Shown here one piece after another: positions 60,460-64,000 of a stretch of 64,000 nucleotides of DNA (position 1 is its first letter; the number at the start of each line of letters is the position of its first letter). The position numbers and the translations under genes were made by a program. Under the pieces are notes generated by a model. The model saw only the letters and a program-made list of their open reading frames with translations, was not told the DNA's origin and did not search any database. The stretch is from Azolla caroliniana (taxonomy: Eukaryota > Plantae > Polypodiophyta): the NCBI GenBank assembly GCA_043228905.1, contig JBHGNT010000014.1, positions 3,906,001 to 3,970,000 on the forward strand, in the 5' to 3' direction.

Positions 60460-60501
60460 GTCCAGCCAAAATAGGAGCCATTTGGTTGGACAGCAGCCCT
60501 A
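60447..60501 (+). other. Putative -1 frameshift signal (G_UUA_AAG plus pseudoknot)
   Basis: 11-bp stem at 60460-70/60481-91, and loop TAGG pairs with CCTA at 60498-60501. Conserved in all three copies. Confidence 0.75.
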
Positions 60502-63500
60502 GATCTGTACAGCCCATTAGTGGTTCCATTCCTTCCAAGCAAGTTAGCAATGTGTTCCTAGCCCAAGTCATTGTTAGTACTAAAAGTACTCCCCCAGTAC
60601 CCGTCCTAGCACTTTTAGATTCCGGAGCTAATTCCTGTTTCATGGATCGAAATTTTGCCCAAGCTTCTCAGATATCCTTAAGAAAACTTCCTTGTCCCGC
60701 ATCTGTAGTGGTCATTGATGGTCGTCCCATTGCTTCCGGGAATATTGTAGAAGAATCAGAACCCATTCAAGTTGTCCTAGGTAGTTTTGTGTGTATAATA
60801 TCATTTAATATAATTAGTAGTCCAGAGCATCCCATTGTCCTAGGATTACCTTGGCTTGAATTACATAATCCAGCCATAGATTGGAGAACAAGAGAAGTCC
60901 GATATCGACCACCCCAAGAATCAACTCACCGAGTTTCGACCATTTCACTCCATCAACTACGCGAAGAAGGACCCAAGGAGGCAATGTTCCTATTTGCCAT
61001 ATCAGTACATCCTTCTAGCACTATTAAGAAGGACTCCTCAATACAACTTCCGGCAAAATATCATCCTTATGCCGATGTATTTGACAAGGTAAAAGCCGGT
61101 ACCCTTCCTCATCACCGTCCCTATGACTGTCCCATCGATTTACAACCAGGAACCGAGCCACCATGGGGACCAATTTACAACTTGTCACCCACCGAGTTAG
61201 AAGTCCTTCGAGCCTACATAGAGGAGAACTTGGCAAGCGGGTTCATCCGTCATTCGAAATCTCCGGCCGGTGCACCCATCTTCGTTGTCAAGAAGAAAGA
61301 TGGCTCACTCGTCTTGTCGTTGATTACCGCGGATTGAATAAAGTCATCATCCGGAATAGGTATGCACTTCCTCTTATATCAAGTCTTTTAGAGCGAGTTA
61401 ATGGTGCCAAGTTTTTTACTAAAATCGACCTACGAGGAGCGTATAATCTCGTGCGGATCCGACCGGGAGATGAGTGGAAGACCGCTTTTCGCACGCGGTA
61501 TGGGCATTTCGAGTATACTGTTATGCCGTTTGGCCTAACCAATGCACCCGCAGTCTTCCAACACATGGCAAATGATATATTCAGAGACCTCTTGGATATC
61601 TGTTTGATCATTTATCTGGATGATCTGTTGATTTATTCGAAGACCCAGGAAGAGCACGATTCTCATGTACTATTAGTACTAAAGCGACTCCGCGAGAATG
61701 GTCTTTATGCCAAGCTAGAGAAATGTAGCTTTGACTGCAAGCAAGTGGAATTTCTAGGCTACGTCATCTCCTCAAAGGGCATCGCCATGGATCCAGCTAA
61801 AATCCAAACTGTACTAGAGTGGCAAATTCCACGGTCGGTACGAGATGTACAATGTTTTCTAGGCTTTGCTAACTTCTACCGTAAGTTTATACAGGATTAC
61901 TCGAAGATTATTTTACCTCTCACACAACTTACGAAGAAGGGCCAAGCATTTCTTTGGTCCATCGAAGCAGATATGGCTTTTCGGCATCTTAAGAAAGCCT
62001 TTACATCAGCACCGATTCTAGCTCATGTGGATACAAGCAAACCATTCATCATGGAGGCCGACGCATCAGATTTCGCCCTCGGTAGCATCCTTTCTCAACA
62101 AGGCGATAAAGAAGAGTTGCATCCGGTGGCTTTCCATTCGCGCAAATTCAATGTCGCAGAAATCAACTACGAAATACATGACAAGGAGTTATTAGCCATC
62201 GTGGATTCATTTGTACAATGGCGGCATTTCTTAGAGGGCTCTCCACATCAGGTCATCGTCTTTAGCGATCATAAAAATCTTGCTTATTTTCAGAACGCTC
62301 GCGTACTAAATCGACGGCAAGCTCGGTGGGCGCAATTCCTCACGCGTTTCAACTTCGAAATCACATATCGACCGGGGAAGCAGCAAGGAAAAGCAGATGC
62401 ACTATCACGGCGTTCATATCTTGCACCTCGTCCTGGTGACGCAACATTTGATAATCAAAAGCAAGTAATCTTGGCACCAACACGATTGCACACGACGCGG
62501 ATTTTTCACACCCCGATGGATTCACGGATTACCGATGACATACGTGCAACCTTGAAGACGGATAGTTTTGCTCAAGACATCCTGGCGCACATTGATACTT
62601 CTCGGGCATCCTGTTCTCAGTCTCAACAACCAGGTATTGACTACCGACAATTCGAATATCATGATGGGTTGTTATTCTTTAAAAAGCGCGTATATGTCCC
62701 CGATTGCTCCTGTCGCCTTCAAATCGTCCAACATTGTCACGACACCCATACGGCGGGACATTTCGGTAGTACCAAGACGTTGGAGTTAGTGCAGCGATCT
62801 TTTTGGTGGCCCCACATGCGCCGTTTTGTCGACGACTACGTTCGGACCTGTGATGCTTGCTGCCGAGCAAAGATGCCACGACACCATCCATATGGCTTGT
62901 TGGAACCTTTACCAATTCCAAGTAAGCCATGGCAGTCTATTTGTCTTCATTTTATTACAGATTTGCCGGTCTCGAAGGGGTTCGATGCTATCCTAACCGT
63001 CGTCGATCGATATACGAAGATGGCACATTTTGTGCCATGTACTAAAGCCATCACTAGCGAGGAAACCGCCGCTCTTGTTATGCGTGAGGTATTTCGGCAT
63101 CATGGCCTACCAGAGAGTATTATCAGTGACCGAGGCCCGCAATTTGTCTCCAAATTTTGGCAGCATCTCTTCAGGATGCTCAAGGTCTCCTGCAACCTCT
63201 CCTTCGGCTACCATCCTCAAACTGACGGACAGGCGGAACGAACAAACCAAACGTTGGAGCAATATCTCCGGTGTTTCCTGAGTTATCAACAGGACGATTG
63301 GGCCGAGATTCTCCACTTTGCGGAGTTTGCGTATAATAATGTTATTCATTCCTCGACTCGGGTCTCCCCATTTCTCGCTTATACCGGTTTCCATCCTCGC
63401 TGGTCGGTGATCGACACTCCGGAGCTACCTACCAACCCTCGTGCCGAGGACCATTTGGAGAGGCTACGCAAGATCCAGATGGATCTCTCTACTCACCTTC

Positions 63501-64000
63501 GTCATGCTCAAAACACACAGAAGACTTATGCGGATCGTCATCGGATTCCCTCCTCTTTTGCCATCGGAGATCGAGTATGGCTCTTACGTCGTCACATCAA
63601 GACTACTCGACCGTGCGACAAGTTGGATTATCGACGACTCGGTCCTTTCCGTATTACGGGGAAGATTAATGATGTCACCTTCCGCCTGGATCTCCCTCCG
63701 CAGCTTCAGATACATCCGGTTTTCCATTGTTCTCTTCTTGAACCTTATAAAACAAACACCATTCCCGATCGTGTGACACCACCGCCGCCCCCGCTGGAGT
63801 TGGACGCCGGCCCGGAGTATGAAGTTGCTGCCATCCTCGATTCCAAACTTGTTCGCAACAAACTTTATTACTTGGTCGATTGGCTCGGTTATAGTCCGAG
63901 CGAACGTACTTGGGAACCCGTCGAGAATGTTGCCAATGCACAAGATCTTCTTGCTGATTTCCACCGAAAGTATCCGGACAAACCCGGTCCGCAGTTAGCG
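60456..64000 (+). CDS. pol: Pol (PR-RT-RH-INT-chromodomain) with a single 1-nt deletion near 61309; open to the window end
   Basis: DSGA protease. The frame starting at 61310 carries YLDD, RNase H, integrase and EYEVAAILDSK at 63815 in the same phase. Confidence 0.9.

Larger units (their letters stand above)
58814..64000 (+). mobile_element. Chromovirus copy C, nearly intact (5' LTR 58814-59234), running past the window end
   Basis: TG...CA LTR, self-priming PBS, gag, and pol ending in a chromodomain. Confidence 0.96.

Overview
This window is a eukaryotic nest of transposable elements with no recognisable host gene, rRNA, true tRNA or CRISPR. A non-seed land plant such as a bryophyte is inferred from the element repertoire. 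It holds three Ty3/gypsy chromovirus copies (Tcn1/Tf1-sushi-like: 1-1776, 30269-50510, 58814-end), several Ty1/copia elements (one intact, with LTRs that look identical, 33778-39107), and a tRNA-Trp-primed gypsy group (20495-26326, a gag-only relative at 31288-45925, and LTR fragments). It also holds the 3' half of an Athila/Tat-like gypsy with extra ORFs, a LINE 3' end, and a Penelope-like RT split by a TIR transposon that carries a foldback element. Most insertions can be ordered from their target-site duplications. The strongest candidate for an undescribed system is cis-regulatory. LTRs of two unrelated gypsy lineages carry a tRNA-like A-box/B-box module at tRNA spacing, always antisense to the element. 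In the chromovirus this module sits with heat-shock elements, a Tf1-type self-priming duplex showing a compensatory change, TAGTACTA arrays, and a G_UUA_AAN plus pseudoknot -1 frameshift. Lineage names come from motif recall, not database searches.
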